Positions 38,109-51,375 of a stretch of DNA of 64,000 nucleotides are shown here, one piece after another (the first letter of the stretch is position 1; every line of letters begins with the position of its first letter). The notes beneath the pieces are model-generated. The model was not told where the DNA came from, searched no databases, and saw only the letters and a program-made list of their open reading frames with translations. The DNA is from Octopus bimaculoides. Taxonomy: Eukaryota. The stretch lies in contig NC_068982.1 of assembly GCF_001194135.2 (NCBI RefSeq), positions 116,238,210 through 116,302,209 on the forward strand. The letters are read 5' to 3'. The position numbers and the translations under genes were made by a program.

Positions 38109-38504
38109 ACGTACTGTGGTTCACGCAGTGTCGATCCTGGTGTGTTGGTGAAAGGTAGTGTTTCTTTTTTGATTCTGCGTGTGTTGTGCTTAAAAACGTA
38201 TTTATATTCTTAAGTGTTATAAAGTGTAGAATTAGATTATTATCCAGCTTCCAGTTACAGTATTGTTGCCAGGATTTGACAAATAGACCAGATTTTCTTC
38301 CCTTATTTTGTGGCTTAGGGGAAATTTTTGAAAAACAAGGGGGAATTCGCGGCGATGTTCAGTAAACAAATTAAACACACTACTCAGCAGTGTCTAAAGC
38401 GCGAACTGATCTAGTTTATGTACAAATTTTCTTTTTATATGTTTGTTTCCTTTTACACAATATTAAAACAACAGCTAAAAATTTTCTGAAACAGTACCCC
38501 AGAT

Positions 38505-38825
38505 CAGGCGTCTGGTAACTGACTTAGTAGACACCATAAGATTATCCAACAACCCTGTGTAGCTTTTTGAATTCCGTATGACAAACACTCGTGGACATGC
38601 TCACAAAATCAAAAAACAACACAGCACCTATGAATTTCGCAAACATTTTTTTCACACTCAGAATTGTTGAAGCATGGAATAAACTACCCGCATCAATCGT
38701 TAGTTGTCGAGACACTATATCCTTCAAAACTTCCATGCACCCTGAAATTCGCCAACAGTACATCTGATGTATCTTTTTTTTTCTTCTTAGTTGTAGTGCA
38801 CATAAGCACTGTATACAAGAATTTC
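38505..38825 (+). mobile_element. CR1/L2-group LINE 3' end
   Basis: TNTRGHAHKIKKQHSTYEFRKHFFTLRIVEAWNKLPASIVSCRDTISFK matches the typical CR1 ORF2 C-terminus (TRGH..FF..R.V..WN.LP..FK). Confidence 0.85.
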
Positions 38826-38858
38826 TTTTATTAAAAAACATTCCCTTCCATATCGGCT

Positions 38859-38942
38859 AACTCTGATGAGCGTAAAGTTATATAATCAGATTGTTACCTA
38901 ATACTTCATTGTATTCTTAGTGCGAAACCGATTGGTAAGATC
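38859..38942 (+). ncRNA. Candidate type I hammerhead ribozyme with a long loop II
   Basis: CTGATGA (38863-69); stem II GCGTAAAG/CTTAGTGC around a ~38-nt loop; GAAA (38924-27); CC-GATT-GG helix III; GUA triplet (38935-37); weak stem I. Confidence 0.45.
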
Positions 38943-38969
38943 AACCGTGATGGATATATAATACTGTAC

Positions 38970-39019
<50 letters not shown>

Positions 39020-39290
39020 GCAAGAGAGTTAGGGGTTGAGAATTCAACCCACTAAGGGATAGTATCTATCCAATATACTGCTGGGAGGGTACCCAATTAT
39101 TGTTACACTAGTGTTATACCAAGTGTAATAAGTGGGAGCGGGTAAAAGAGGGGGTTGTTTTACCCTAAATTTATATATCAATTAGAAAATGGAGGATAGT
39201 GTGCTGTACCCAGCGACTTGCAGACAGTGTATCCCGTTGAATTCATTAACTTAATTTGTAACTAAAGTGACAAAAAACCACAAAGTACAA

Positions 39291-39443
39291 GTGTTTATGA
39301 CAAACCATGTTATATTGACAACCGGGTTTACAAATAAAAGTACATAAGGAATTTGAGAATAAACATAAACTTTATTCTCAAATTCCTTATTTACTTTTAT
39401 TTGTAAATCCGGTTGTCAATATAACATGGTTTGTTATAAACAC
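39291..39443. repeat. Inverted repeat: 73-bp arms, 3 mismatches, 7-nt loop; ends at a gap
   Basis: Arms at 39291-39363 and 39371-39443, compared by hand. Confidence 0.93.
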
Positions 39444-40977
39444 NNNNNNNNNNNNNNNNNNNNNNNNNNNNNNNNNNNNNNNNNNNNNNNNNNNNNNNNN
39501 NNNNNNNNNNNNNNNNNNNNNNNNNNNNNNNNNNNNNNNNNNNNNNNNNNNNNNNNNNNNNNNNNNNNNNNNNNNNNNNNNNNNNNNNNNNNNNNNNNNN
39601 NNNNNNNNNNNNNNNNNNNNNNNNNNNNNNNNNNNNNNNNNNNNNNNNNNNNNNNNNNNNNNNNNNNNNNNNNNNNNNNNNNNNNNNNNNNNNNNNNNNN
39701 NNNNNNNNNNNNNNNNNNNNNNNNNNNNNNNNNNNNNNNNNNNNNNNNNNNNNNNNNNNNNNNNNNNNNNNNNNNNNNNNNNNNNNNNNNNNNNNNNNNN
39801 NNNNNNNNNNNNNNNNNNNNNNNNNNNNNNNNNNNNNNNNNNNNNNNNNNNNNNNNNNNNNNNNNNNNNNNNNNNNNNNNNNNNNNNNNNNNNNNNNNNN
39901 NNNNNNNNNNNNNATATTGGAAAAAATATTTCATATTTTTACCTCTTATTGCAGGTTACTAAATTGCGGAAACGAATTAACTCTAAAATGCGCTCATTCA
40001 TTTAGAAAAGTATTTATTTTCTAAATAAGGATTTTTAATTCGAAATAACGTAGATAGAAATGCATATAAGTTAACCCAGTCAAATAATCGCAAATTTACT
40101 TCAGTTAGATTTTAATAAACTTACACTAAACCTCAAAACTTTGGTTAATTAAGAAAATATATGATTAGAATTTCAACTTAGCTTGTTCATCTAAATAAAT
40201 ACTAAACATATAATATTCCAAAAAAAAAAAAAATGTATAAAGCTTTTATTACTATGGACTGGTCTGATTTCTCAAACAGAAACGATATTTGCTTCCTCTT
40301 TCTTTGGAGCCCTTTTCAATCTCTCCATTTATCTTATATGGTATAATATTATTCTCATTATGTGAATGCATCCTGGCCTAATTAAAAAAAATTTCCCTTT
40401 TATTAAGTATATAAAATAGTCTGTTCCTTTAATATCGTGAAAGGCCATTCATTCTAAGTTTAAGTGATACCAGAACTATAATCATATTGTATTTCAACGC
40501 ATACTCTATTGTCATATTCTCTGAAATTTTATGGTCCTTCACCTAGAATATACTTTAAGAATGACTGTTTAATACTTCGCACCACCCACCCGAATGGGTA
40601 AAACCACGAACAAAATTACATAGCATGCCTGCCTTGGATGAATATGTACTGCAAATGAATCAACTAAATGCACATAAGTGCAGAAACGCGTGGTAGATTG
40701 GAACTTAAAGAGAATAATAATGTTATAAATAATTTTTGAAGGTGTATGATTATCCATTCTTCCTTATGGTGCCTTGATTATATACTCTGTATGAAATCCA
40801 ATGAACTGAACTCAGGATCTACGAATCTAATGAAGTACCATTTAATTGTTTATCTTAAGCAATTCTGTATGTTTCATATTCGATGAAGTTAGCCAGATCT
40901 GGACTTTATCAGAGTGCTAATAAGGTACTTGCCTGGATTCCAGATCTTTTTTTCTTTTACGTTATATCTCTTATGTT

Positions 40978-41367
40978 TTATCTTTTACTTGTTTCAGTCA
41001 TTTGACTGTAGCTGTGCTGGGGAACCGTTTTGAAGGATTTATTTTAGTTGAACAAATTGACCCCAGCGCTTATTTTAAAGCCTGGCACTTATTCTATCAA
41101 TTGCTTTTGCCGAACCGCTAGATTACAGGAACGTAAACACACCAACACTGGTTGTCAGGCAGTGGTGAGGGGACAAATACAGACACAAGGACGGACACAC
41201 ACACATGACTGTTTTCTTTCAGTTTCCGTCTACCAAATCCAATCCAAAGCTTTAGTAGGCTCGAGGATATTATAGGAGATACTTGCCCAAGGTACTACGC
41301 AGTGGGACTGAATCCGGAACCATGTGGTTGGGAAGCCAACTTCTTACCACATAGTCACGTCTGCACC
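40978..41367 (-). mobile_element. SINE family B
   Basis: Reverse homologue of 19419-19852. Confidence 0.85.
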
Positions 41368-41977
41368 TTTGTGTGTGTGTGTGTGTGTGCGTGTGCGTGT
41401 GCGTGTGCGTGTATGTACTTATGTATATATGTATGCACGTATGTAAGTTAGTACGTACATACATACATACACACATACATACCTACATACATACATAAAT
41501 ACATACATACATACATACATGCATACACATGTCTGAAGTTTTAAAATCATTAACACTTTCTATTGCTTTAAAATTTGTAAAATTTCATTCAAAAAATAAT
41601 GTGTATGTATAATGTATTTTGGGGTGCTTTTTTAAGAAAAAAGAAGAAACAATTTTCAATCTTATACACAAATTATTTGGAAGGCATCTTTTGAGTGGAC
41701 AATCTTGGAAAACGGGGAAAACAACATTCTAAAATATGAAACATGAGATTGGTGGAGGTAAAAAAAAAATGGCTGGAAATCACTGGTATAAATGCGTGTT
41801 AGCATGCACAATTTCAAGTGCGCACACAAATGTTTGGAACGTTTGAGTTATTAATCGATTAATCAATCAATACATATGTGTGTGTGTGTGTGTGCATGTG
41901 TATGTGTAGGTATATATATTCACACACATGTGCGGACATATATTCATGCATACAATCACACGTATACACATACATAC

Positions 41978-42019
<42 letters not shown>

Positions 42020-42119
42020 CATTTTACAATAGACAAAGAGATTTGCTTTTATTAAAAAAGTAAAGTGTTTAGTAAAATAATTATATAAGCACAGATACGT
42101 ACACATTCACATATCTTAC

Positions 42120-42340
42120 TTTTAAATGGGGGTGTCTTCTAGTTCTAATTTATTCTATGAGCTTCGATGAGTTCAGCAGTAATTGAGCGTCATCGGTTGT
42201 GACGTCAGAAAAGCCAAGATGGACCAGAACAGGCACTGCCTCGTTGAAAGGAAACTGAATACACACGAGCAATGATATACAATATTCGCCATCATCTTCC
42301 TCCACCTAACTTGACATAATTTCAGTTTTTACAGGTCAGT
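42120..42340. promoter_or_regulatory. Candidate promoter/first-exon region, possibly bidirectional
   Basis: Palindromic CRE TGACGTCA at 42200-42207, half-CRE at 42187-92, YY1-like CAAGATGG (42215-22) and CGCCAT (42287-92), CpG retained, + donor CAG|GTCAGT at 42335, - donor AAA|GTAAG at 42119. Confidence 0.45.
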
Positions 42341-43457
42341 TCCATATATCAAAATTTGTACTTTAACATGCGTGCCTGCTGAAATCACAATGATTTTATT
42401 ATACATAGTAACTGTAAAGGTATCGGCTGTGATATTTTGAGAGGCTTCGTTATTGATGTTGATGTTTAAATCACCTTAGTGTACGTAGATTTCTTTAAAC
42501 AACCTTGTCCCACTGATCTTTGATTTTTGTGTTAATAGCTGTGATGGTGGTGATTTTTTTACCCTTTCGTTTACAACGACAGTTGTCTAAAATTTCATTA
42601 GACTAATTTATCATCATTATCATCATCATCATCATCATTATTATTAATGTTCCGTTATCTAATTTTTATTGCGGGCGACTGTTACTGTTACCTTATCAAT
42701 TGTGGAAAATACAATAAACATCCAAATTCACAAACACGCGCACATACAGACATACACAACAAGTCAGTATCTAAGTGTTTTGTACAACCAACCTTGTTTG
42801 TTACACAGATAACCTTGCACACCTCATGCATATAATAGACGACAACAGCATATTAAGTATTATGTTTTTCTACAAAAAAAATAAAATAAGAAAGTGTAAA
42901 CATATTTGATATATATATTTGCATAAAGGTTGGAGTTTTTCTCCACACATAGTCACTTTGAGAATGTCACGCCTGTTGCAAATATAGTTGAAGTTTTACG
43001 CGTATGTAGCTACAATTGTATATGTATTGGAGTACGTATTTATCTCCTAATTACTATACACGTAATACACTGATTCAGAAAACTCTTTGTTTCATTGGTT
43101 GCTGAAAACCTTGCCCCACTTATTAACGTTTATAAGAAACTTTGTAATCTGGTGGTCACTTATTTTAAATTTTCATCGAAACTATTAACAGTATTATATT
43201 GAGGGTGAATTTAATTCCCTACACAAATCAGTCTTGTATCGCGACGAATGAAATCAAAAAATATATCGATTATTTAACCTTTTGTACATATATGTGTGTG
43301 TGGACCATACAAATTATCACAGAAGAGACAGAACTGGCTTAACACCGTTTGGCTTTTCTCTTTTTGGACACTAAAAAAGAAAAGAAAAGAAAGAAAGAAA
43401 AAAAGCGGAATATTCTGTTTTATAAATTTATACGTTTTCATCTTATATTCTTCCATT

Positions 43458-43497
43458 ATGTCAGCTCTTGTTGACATTTCGAATTTTGTGGAACAAG
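43458..43497 (+). CDS. Candidate first coding exon (MSALVDISNFVEQ + phase 1) of an unidentified gene
   Basis: ATG..CAAG|GTTGGT donor; the phase-1 end splices in frame to the exon at 63407. Inference only. Confidence 0.4.
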
Positions 43498-45687
43498 GTT
43501 GGTGATGCTTTCGATTTCTTCACGTCTATCATCATCATCATCATCATCCATGCCGTCTTGATAGTCTTCATCCTATATCGATTTTTATTTTCATTTGCCA
43601 AGTTATGTAGCCTTGAATGACCAGACCTATGATCAACGACATTTCATCCGTAACCATCCTGCCTTTTTTTTTCTTTTTTTTTTTTCGGATAAGTGCATTC
43701 AATGCCTCTTTCTTTTTCTAAAGCAGTAGAAGGTAATGTTAGAAAGAGTTACCTACTTTTTCTAGCAAGTCAAGTGACTTTAATAAAGTTCTGTTTGGTG
43801 CTGGTAGTGGTGTTGCACTGAGATCAGTCGAGTAGATTCACCGTTCCAGAATATTTTTTATAAATACGTTTGAGTCTCACATTTCTAATATAGTGATAAG
43901 TTGAAAATCCCCGATGTGTTTCCCCTTCAACCATATTATATTACACGTATCCAAATTATTAGTAATTGCAAACTCCATTGTCCAAAAATACAGGTGAAAT
44001 CTGCAATAGATACATTATTTTGTAGTTAAACAATATATTTAATGGAAATAACGTTTTTTTTTATCAACTGGAGATAACTTGTGATGATAATCTGGCGTCT
44101 TATTTAGACTGACTTTGTTGTTTAGCCCTTAGTGAACCCTGCTCATGTTCACATGCATTTCATTTGTGACTCTTTCCAAGTAATTTGTCTTGGCAAAATT
44201 AAACCAATCTTTTCTTCAGGTGCCAAACAAATTTTGGGTTTCTTTAAACCAAAATAAATAAAAATAATAATTTGCTAAGATCTCACAGTCGAATGAATAT
44301 TTACACTTTGGACTAACAAAATTGTTATTCCATTTTTTTTTTTTTTGAGACTGTAAAATGTAATTTGAAAGTGATTTAACTGCTATTTTTGGAGAATCGA
44401 GCGGCTACAATGGCTCTTATCTAGGTGATAGAAGAGTATTATCTTTAAGTATCGTCTCTTTACGGATCAATGTATCGATAGGCAGAAGGGTTAAATATTC
44501 ACCAACAGGAGAGATGGAAAGCCACATTGATTTCCTACTGATTTTCAATACAGAAGCATGAAGAATTTATCTAAATTTAAAGTACCTCTCTGTCTTTGCA
44601 AGAAAATGAAAGAAAAAGTCATGTATCTGTGTTAGCATGAGTTACATAGATTTTGAACCTGTTTTCATGTACGTTCAAGGGTTTGGGTGATTTACTAAAT
44701 TTAGATATTTACAAATGAATTACTGTAAATTTGTTAGAATGAAACAGCGCATACCCCCACACACACACACATACACACAAATGAGGGCTTCTGCAAAGTT
44801 ATTTGTAATTAATCAGTTACTGAATTTTTAAGAAAAATATTTTTTCTCCTAATTTCCAATAATTTTCAGTCATTCATTTAGCGACTTTGAGTTGTGTCCC
44901 TTTATAGCAAATTTTCTGGGCCATCGGATATAGTAAAAAAAGGAATAAATAATAAATGATGAGATCAATGCAATAACCTAAAAAGTCTGTTTGGATCCAA
45001 TCACTGAACTTGTGAGAGTATAAAATTATGATGCTTTTTTTTTTTTTTTTTTTTNNNNNNNNNNNNNNNNNNNNNNNNNNNNNNNNNNNNNNNNNNNNNN
45101 NNNNNNNNNNNNNNNNNNNNNNNNNNNNNNNNNNNNNNNNNNNNNNNNNNNNNNNNNNNNNNNNNNNNNNNNNNNNNNNNNNNNNNNNNNNNNNNNNNNN
45201 NNNNNNNNNNNNNNNNNNNNNNNNNNNNNNNNNNNNNNNNNNNNNNNNNNNNNNNNNNNNNNNNNNNNNNNNNNNNNNNNNNNNNNNNNNNNNNNNNNNN
45301 NNNNNNNNNNNNNNNNNNNNNNNNNNNNNNNNNNNNNNNNNNNNNNNNNNNNNNNNNNNNNNNNNNNNNNNNNNNNNNNNNNNNNNNNNNNNNNNNNNNN
45401 NNNNNNNNNNNNNNNNNNNNNNNNNNNNNNNNNNNNNNNNNNNNNNNNNNNNNNNNNNNNNNNNNNNNNNNNNNNNNNNNNNNNNNNNNNNNNNNNNNNN
45501 NNNNNNNNNNNNNNNNNNNNNNNNNNNNNNNNNNNNNNNNNNNNNNNNNNNNNNNNNNNNNNNNNNNNNNNNNNNNNNNNNNNNNNNNNNNNNNNNNNNN
45601 NNNNNNNNNNNNGGAGTGCTTAAACCAGAATTCTCTCTTAAAAAAAAAATTTTTTAGCTCCAGTTTATTATTGACTGCGTTGTTCTA

Positions 45688-45960
45688 TCATCATCGTTTA
45701 ACGTCCGCTTTCCATGCTAGCATGGGTTGGACGATTTGACTGAGGACTGGTGAAACCAGATGGCTACACCAGGCTCCAATCTGATTTGGCAGAGTTTCTA
45801 CAGTTGGATGCCCTTCCTAACGCCAACCACTCAAAGAGTGTAGTGGGTGCTTTTACGTGCCACCGGCACGAAGGCCAGTCAGGCGGTACTGGCAACAGCC
45901 ATGCTCAAAATGGTGTGTTTTATGTGCCACCCGCACAAGAGCCAGTCCAGGGGCACTGGC
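45688..45960 (-). mobile_element. SINE family D (RTE-like tail ..ggcgttaggaagggcatcca..aacgatgatga)
   Basis: Homologues at ~46450-46700(+), ~48700-48990(+), ~50215-50310(-) and ~59975-60160(+); this copy retains CpGs. Confidence 0.8.
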
Positions 45961-46449
45961 AACGTTCTATGATCAAAAGTATTTCTGTTAGTACAGTGGC
46001 TCTAAGTCTGTTATTTGGTGTGTCCATTCTTAGCAACCCAGATTCGGCTACTGTTTCTAGCAGTTCAAGTTAGGTTCCGAAACTTTCCATGATTAATTGG
46101 ATACAACTTACATGTATGTGTGAGGGCACACAAAGTGCATGCTGTCTGAGATGCTTTATTTGGACAGTTCACTCTACATTTTCTCAAAAATAAGGATTAG
46201 TCTACTTTTACTTGTGTAACTAAAGCATGAAAATAAGAACTATACATCTTTTAATGATTATTTCAAATTTTGGCTCACGGCCAGTCCAATGTACTAATGA
46301 TTTTGTCAGCATTCTGCAGCTTACCTTATTTTGTTAAAAGCAGATTAGTTATCAATTAATCTGTTTTTATTTTCCGGATTATCACAAAGATTTATGAATC
46401 TAACGGGATTTTGGTGTTGTGTTTTTGTCATGGGAAATGTAAAGACATG

Positions 46450-46700
46450 ATCCAGCTCGTTTCTTCACACAAAGTAGGTTGTGGCCAGTGTAGGCGACAT
46501 GTAAAAGGCACCTGTATTAGTGATAGGTAAAGGACACCCAGTACACTCTGTAAAATGGATGGTGTTAGAAAGGGCATTCAACCATAGAAACCAAACCAAA
46601 ACAGACGACTGGAGCCTGGTGCAGCTCTTTAGCTTACCAGCTCCAGTCAAACCATCTAACTCATGCCAGCATGGAAAACAGAAGCTGAATGATGATAATA
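46450..46700 (+). mobile_element. SINE family D, CpG-decayed
   Basis: Reverse homologue of 45688-45960; (GAT)n tail. Confidence 0.72.
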
Positions 46701-48446
46701 ATGAACACATGCACACATAATGATATACACATACCCTTACATCTACATACACATATTGACACATTACATACATATCTACTGACTAACGTTGCAAATTTGA
46801 ACATACATACAAATATTTAGGGATGAATGCACATTGATATATAAGCCACACATACGCAGAGTTAAACATTCACTGGGATACCTAAAATATAATGTTGGGA
46901 TTAAACTGAGTAACTTCTCTTCTTTAACAGGATTTGTTATGAGTACTATACCAACCCAAGTGATCATTTTTTTCAAATAGTCATGTCCCAGCTTGTACCC
47001 AATTGAAAAATCAATACAATTAACAAAGCAGTATAAGTTTGTGTTGTGAGAAAAGAAACCCAACATTTTGGTCAAGGTTCTTCATTGATGAAGAGTTGAG
47101 TTCTTGAATGAAGGGCCTTGCCTGAAACAGATCAGTGTTCATCTCGTGGTACACAAGCTTATCTTATTTCTTGACTTAATTCATTTTTCTTAAGATTGAC
47201 TAGTTACCTTGGACTTCAGTGTTTTATTTTGAAGTAAAAGAATTCTCATACCTTAATACTTATTTTATGCTCAAACCTACCAGGAATTCGCAAGGTACTT
47301 GTTTTCTATGCTTAAAAGTTTCTTTTTATGCATGAAGAACTATCTCCTCTTAATTGACTTTATAAGCAATAAGCTGGTATCTTATGAAAGATTATTTCTC
47401 ATTTCCATGCTGAATTATGTTATATAATGTTGTGTGACATATGAATGTGTTTATTTGTAAGAGTATAGGAGGTTGAAATGGATTTGGCAGTTATATTGTA
47501 ATTTAGCCACTGGGTCAGTTCTGTTTGACTTGATCTACTTGTTTATTTTCACTCCTGACCCTCCTGTCTTTTCAGACATGGTGTATCTAATGTGATCCAT
47601 ATCAGATATATTGTCTACAATGTATCCTGGTATGATCTTAGGCAAATTCATTAGCTATTTCTTGCAGATCAAGCTGCTGCTTAGAACTTACCTCATTCAC
47701 ATTAACTACATTGAGCTGCTGAGTAGAAACTTCTCAGATTTGTGTTTTGTTTGTTGTTGATATTCTTTAAACAGTTGTGAGGCATGTTGCATATGTTGTA
47801 GCATTCTTCATTCATCAACTTGTCCATTGTTCCACAGAGCTATTGAAAATAGGCAATCCACTTCCTAAATATAACTAGCTTAATTTCTTAATTGTGCATA
47901 AACACTATTAATTTGTTATTCTTCCATTGTTTTTCTTTCTTTCCAGGCCATAAATAGACTTTCTTTACAATAGTAATTATTTACTTAGTCACTGGTTTTA
48001 GTTGTTTGTTATAATCGTTTTTCTTGTTTCAAACAAAATGCTTTTAATTTTGGTGTAAAAACTGTCAATGAAGTAGTTGTAGGTGGTATACTACATTGTA
48101 GTAAAATACAAGCAATGGATGCAGAGAACATACAGCACAAGGAGAGTAGTTGATTAGGATCAGCAAGATATGCAATTTAATTTTCTACTGATGGTTAATA
48201 AAGTGATTGCTCATCAGACATCAGTTCCTGTATGTAGGAGAGGAAACTGCATCGGTGCAGATGTGTAATGTAAATAAATGGTACATGAAAAAGTGCTGTA
48301 AGTTTTTGATATAGCTTGCAATGGAGTTGGACTATAAAAAGGTTTTCGTCTGCTCTATGAAAGTTTAGCCTGATGCAAGAGATGACTCATGATAAGACGT
48401 GGAGAAGAACACTGTATTATAGACTTAACCAATCCATACTAATATA

Positions 48447-48573
48447 CAGGGTGTCCACAAAGTTTGGCTACATGGAGTAAATAAAATCATAACATAAACA
48501 GTTAAATATAAGAAGTAATAATTTCTTAAAGTATGTGTTAATCCTCATGTACCCAGACTTTGTGGACACCCTG
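48447..48573. mobile_element. Tc1/mariner-type MITE (127 bp)
   Basis: TIRs CAGGGTGTCCACAAAGT(T/C)TGG(C/G)TACATG flanked by TA at 48445-46 and 48574-75. Confidence 0.92.
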
Positions 48574-49744
48574 TAGAACACCTTTCTCTCTTTTCTATCA
48601 GCCTCTCACTCTGGTTATCTCTCTTCTGTTTACCCTCTCGGTCATGATGAAACACTGACAATATAAGATAAGGAGAATTCTCCACTTTTACCTGAGACAA
48701 GACAACCTCTCAAGTGCTAGTGTCATGATGAAACGCACCAAATACATTCTGTAAAGAGACATCTCTGGTGCTGGTACCATGATAAAATGCATGTGGTTGG
48801 CACTGTAAAGTGCATGTTAGGATGGGCATCTAGCCATAGCAACCATCCTCAAAATGGAATGTGCAACTGAGCCTTGGTCTTTGATCCAACTAGGAGGACA
48901 GTAACTTCATATTAGAACTGACTTAGAGTGTGTGTCTTCCTTTTCAACCCATGATAATTATGGAAAAACTGGCACAAAATGATGATGATGTGTCATTTAG
49001 TTTATCTGTTTTCAATGTTGGCATCTTTAAATTACCACCTACTTCAGTGCCACATGGTAAATAAAAATATAAAAAGTTATAGCTGTTATTATTTAATCCC
49101 AGTCTGCCTTCAATCAAGGTGACATGAGTTTCCTCATTGATACTTTGATATGGCAGCTACTCAAACAACAGTTAGTGAGCTTTTACATCAGAATACACTG
49201 TTTTTTTTTTTGTTTTTTTTTTATCCCCCATGATTTGGCTTCAACACATGATTACGTGATACAAGCCACATATGAATGTTTGGTGCAGCCTAATGTTCTG
49301 ACATTCTGTGAGAGGATCTGCAAATGATGCTAAACAAGTCTGAAACATATCTCACTTGTTTCTTCTTTTAATATATGTTCTTTTTTTATTTGTTCATGAA
49401 AATGTTTACACTTGTACAGGTGTTTTAATGCCAGCATATCACTTGGCATGAACTCTGTTAACTCAGCAAGTTACAATCCCACTCACCATACCATTTTTTA
49501 CTTTTGTCTAGCACCACCACACTGTACATTCTGGTTATGTGGCATTGTAATATGATTGTTATACTGTAGTTCTTTTCATAGCCTCTGACAATGAATCCAC
49601 ATCACAAAAATTGACATAATATAGTTGGCTGTGCATACTAATTTGAATTTCTTACAAATAATGTCTGTTAGAGGATGGATTGATGTCCCCCCCCCCCATC
49701 TATGCCTTTGTGGCAAATAAAATAAATTATTATTATTATTATTG

Positions 49745-49960
49745 CTGGCAGAATTGTTAGCATGCTGAACAAAATGCTTAGTGGTATTTTGCCTGTCGCT
49801 ACATTCTGAGTTCAAATTCCACCAGGGTCACCTTTGCCTTTCATCATTTCAGGGTCGATAAATTAAGTACCAATTGAGTACTGGCGTCGATGTAATGGAT
49901 TTGTCCCTCCCCCCAAATTTCAGGCCCTGTGCTTATGGTAGAAAGGATTATTATTATTAT
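49745..49960 (+). mobile_element. SINE family C between (ATT)n tracts, CpG-decayed
   Basis: Homologous to 9026-9258, with CG changed to TG/CA at nearly every site. Confidence 0.85.
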
Positions 49961-50344
49961 TATTATTCAACATTTGAATTTCAGGCTGATTTCTACTGCA
50001 TCACCTGCTACAAATCCATGTTGCTGGTGTGTGTGTGCAGCATTGTGTATTCTTTGTTATTGGGAGAGTACAAACACTTCCTGGTATTATATTACATCAG
50101 ACTGTATTGTTATGGGGTTTGGTTACAGTCTTTGTTGTATTGTGTGTTGTGTGTGTAATGCGAGCTGTGTTCTTCTGTTGGGTATCTGGCCTGTATATTA
50201 CAGATAGTGGTTCATCATCATCATCAACATCACTTAACATCTGTTTTCCATGCTGGCATGGGTTGGATGGTTTGACTGAAAACTAGTAATGTGGAGCTGC
50301 ACCATGTAGTTTGTTTCTGTTTTGTATTTTGTCACCTCCTTGTG

Positions 50345-51000
50345 TATAGAAGAAACTATGGACAATTTTTAGGCTTTTTTGTTCTGTGGTATTTTCAGTC
50401 CTCTGTGTATTGGAGATAATTTATTATTTGTTCATAGCATCTGTAACTCATGGTGGTTTCAATTAACAAGTTTGTTAGTGGGGCCAGAGCAAGGCAGAAA
50501 AGTAGAGGTGATAGTGAGTCTTCTTTGGAAATTCCTCTTCATATGGTTATAGGGTAGGTTTTAATGACTTGTCATACATTTTTCAATGTTATATTGGTTT
50601 TCCAATTTACCATTGCATGGTTGATATATTTTAGTTGTGTTGGAGCTACTTTGTTTGGAGAGATTCCAGTATCCATGAGTATGGAATACTGTCTAATGTT
50701 TTCTGGTAACCAATCCAAGTCATATTGAGGTTTGTCTTTCCCTTTTATTGTCCTCTATAGTGGCTCGATTTACTGGAAGCTGCTCTTTACAACCATACAT
50801 CCTTCTCTGACACTCCTTTTGTTCTTCTGGTAAAAATTTGTTATTTTCCAGGTGTATTACAAGCCAGTTATTGACAACTGGTGTGAGGGTTTTGTAGGTT
50901 ACTAATAGGCATGTTATTGGCCTATAATTTTGTGGGTATATAGTGTCTTTGTTTTTTGGATTTAGGGTGTTTTTCCCTTCTAGCATCCAGTTTGGTGCTA
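50345..51000 (-). mobile_element. R4/Dong-clade reverse transcriptase fragment
   Basis: PNWMLEGKNTLNPKNKDTIYPQNYRPITCL..YKTLT..EEQK..GCKEQL..WIGYQKTLDSIPYSWI..RGISKEDSLSPLLFCLALAPL..INYLQYTED (decayed YxDD). Confidence 0.85.
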
Positions 51001-51014
51001 TTAAACTAGCATAA

Positions 51015-51375
51015 TTGTTGTTAGCATGCTGGGCATAATGTTTAGCAGTATTTTGTCTGTTGCTGCGTTCTGAGTTCAAATTCCACCGAGGTTAACTTTG
51101 CCTTTCATCCTTTTGGGGTCGATAAATTAAAAACCAGTCAAGTGCTGGGGTTGATGTAATTGACTAGTCCCCTCCCCCAAATTTCAGGCCTTGTGCTTAT
51201 AATAGAAAGGATTATTATTATTATCATTGTTCAAATGCCGCTGGGGGCAACTTTGCCTTTCATCCTTTTGGGGTTGATAAATTAAGTACCAGTGAAACAC
51301 CTGGGATCGATGTAATTGACTAGCCCCCTCCCCCAAAATTTCAGGCCTTGTGCCTTTAGTAGAAAGAATTATTAT
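51015..51375 (+). mobile_element. Two tandem SINE family C copies with (ATT)n tails
   Basis: A near-full copy followed by a 3'-half copy; CpG-decayed. Confidence 0.82.

Noticed and set aside
47065-47140. Hammerhead-like fragments (tgaaga..ccaaaatgtt on -, tgaatgaagggccttgcctgaaac on +)
   Set aside because: The CUGA core is broken in both; too degenerate to call.
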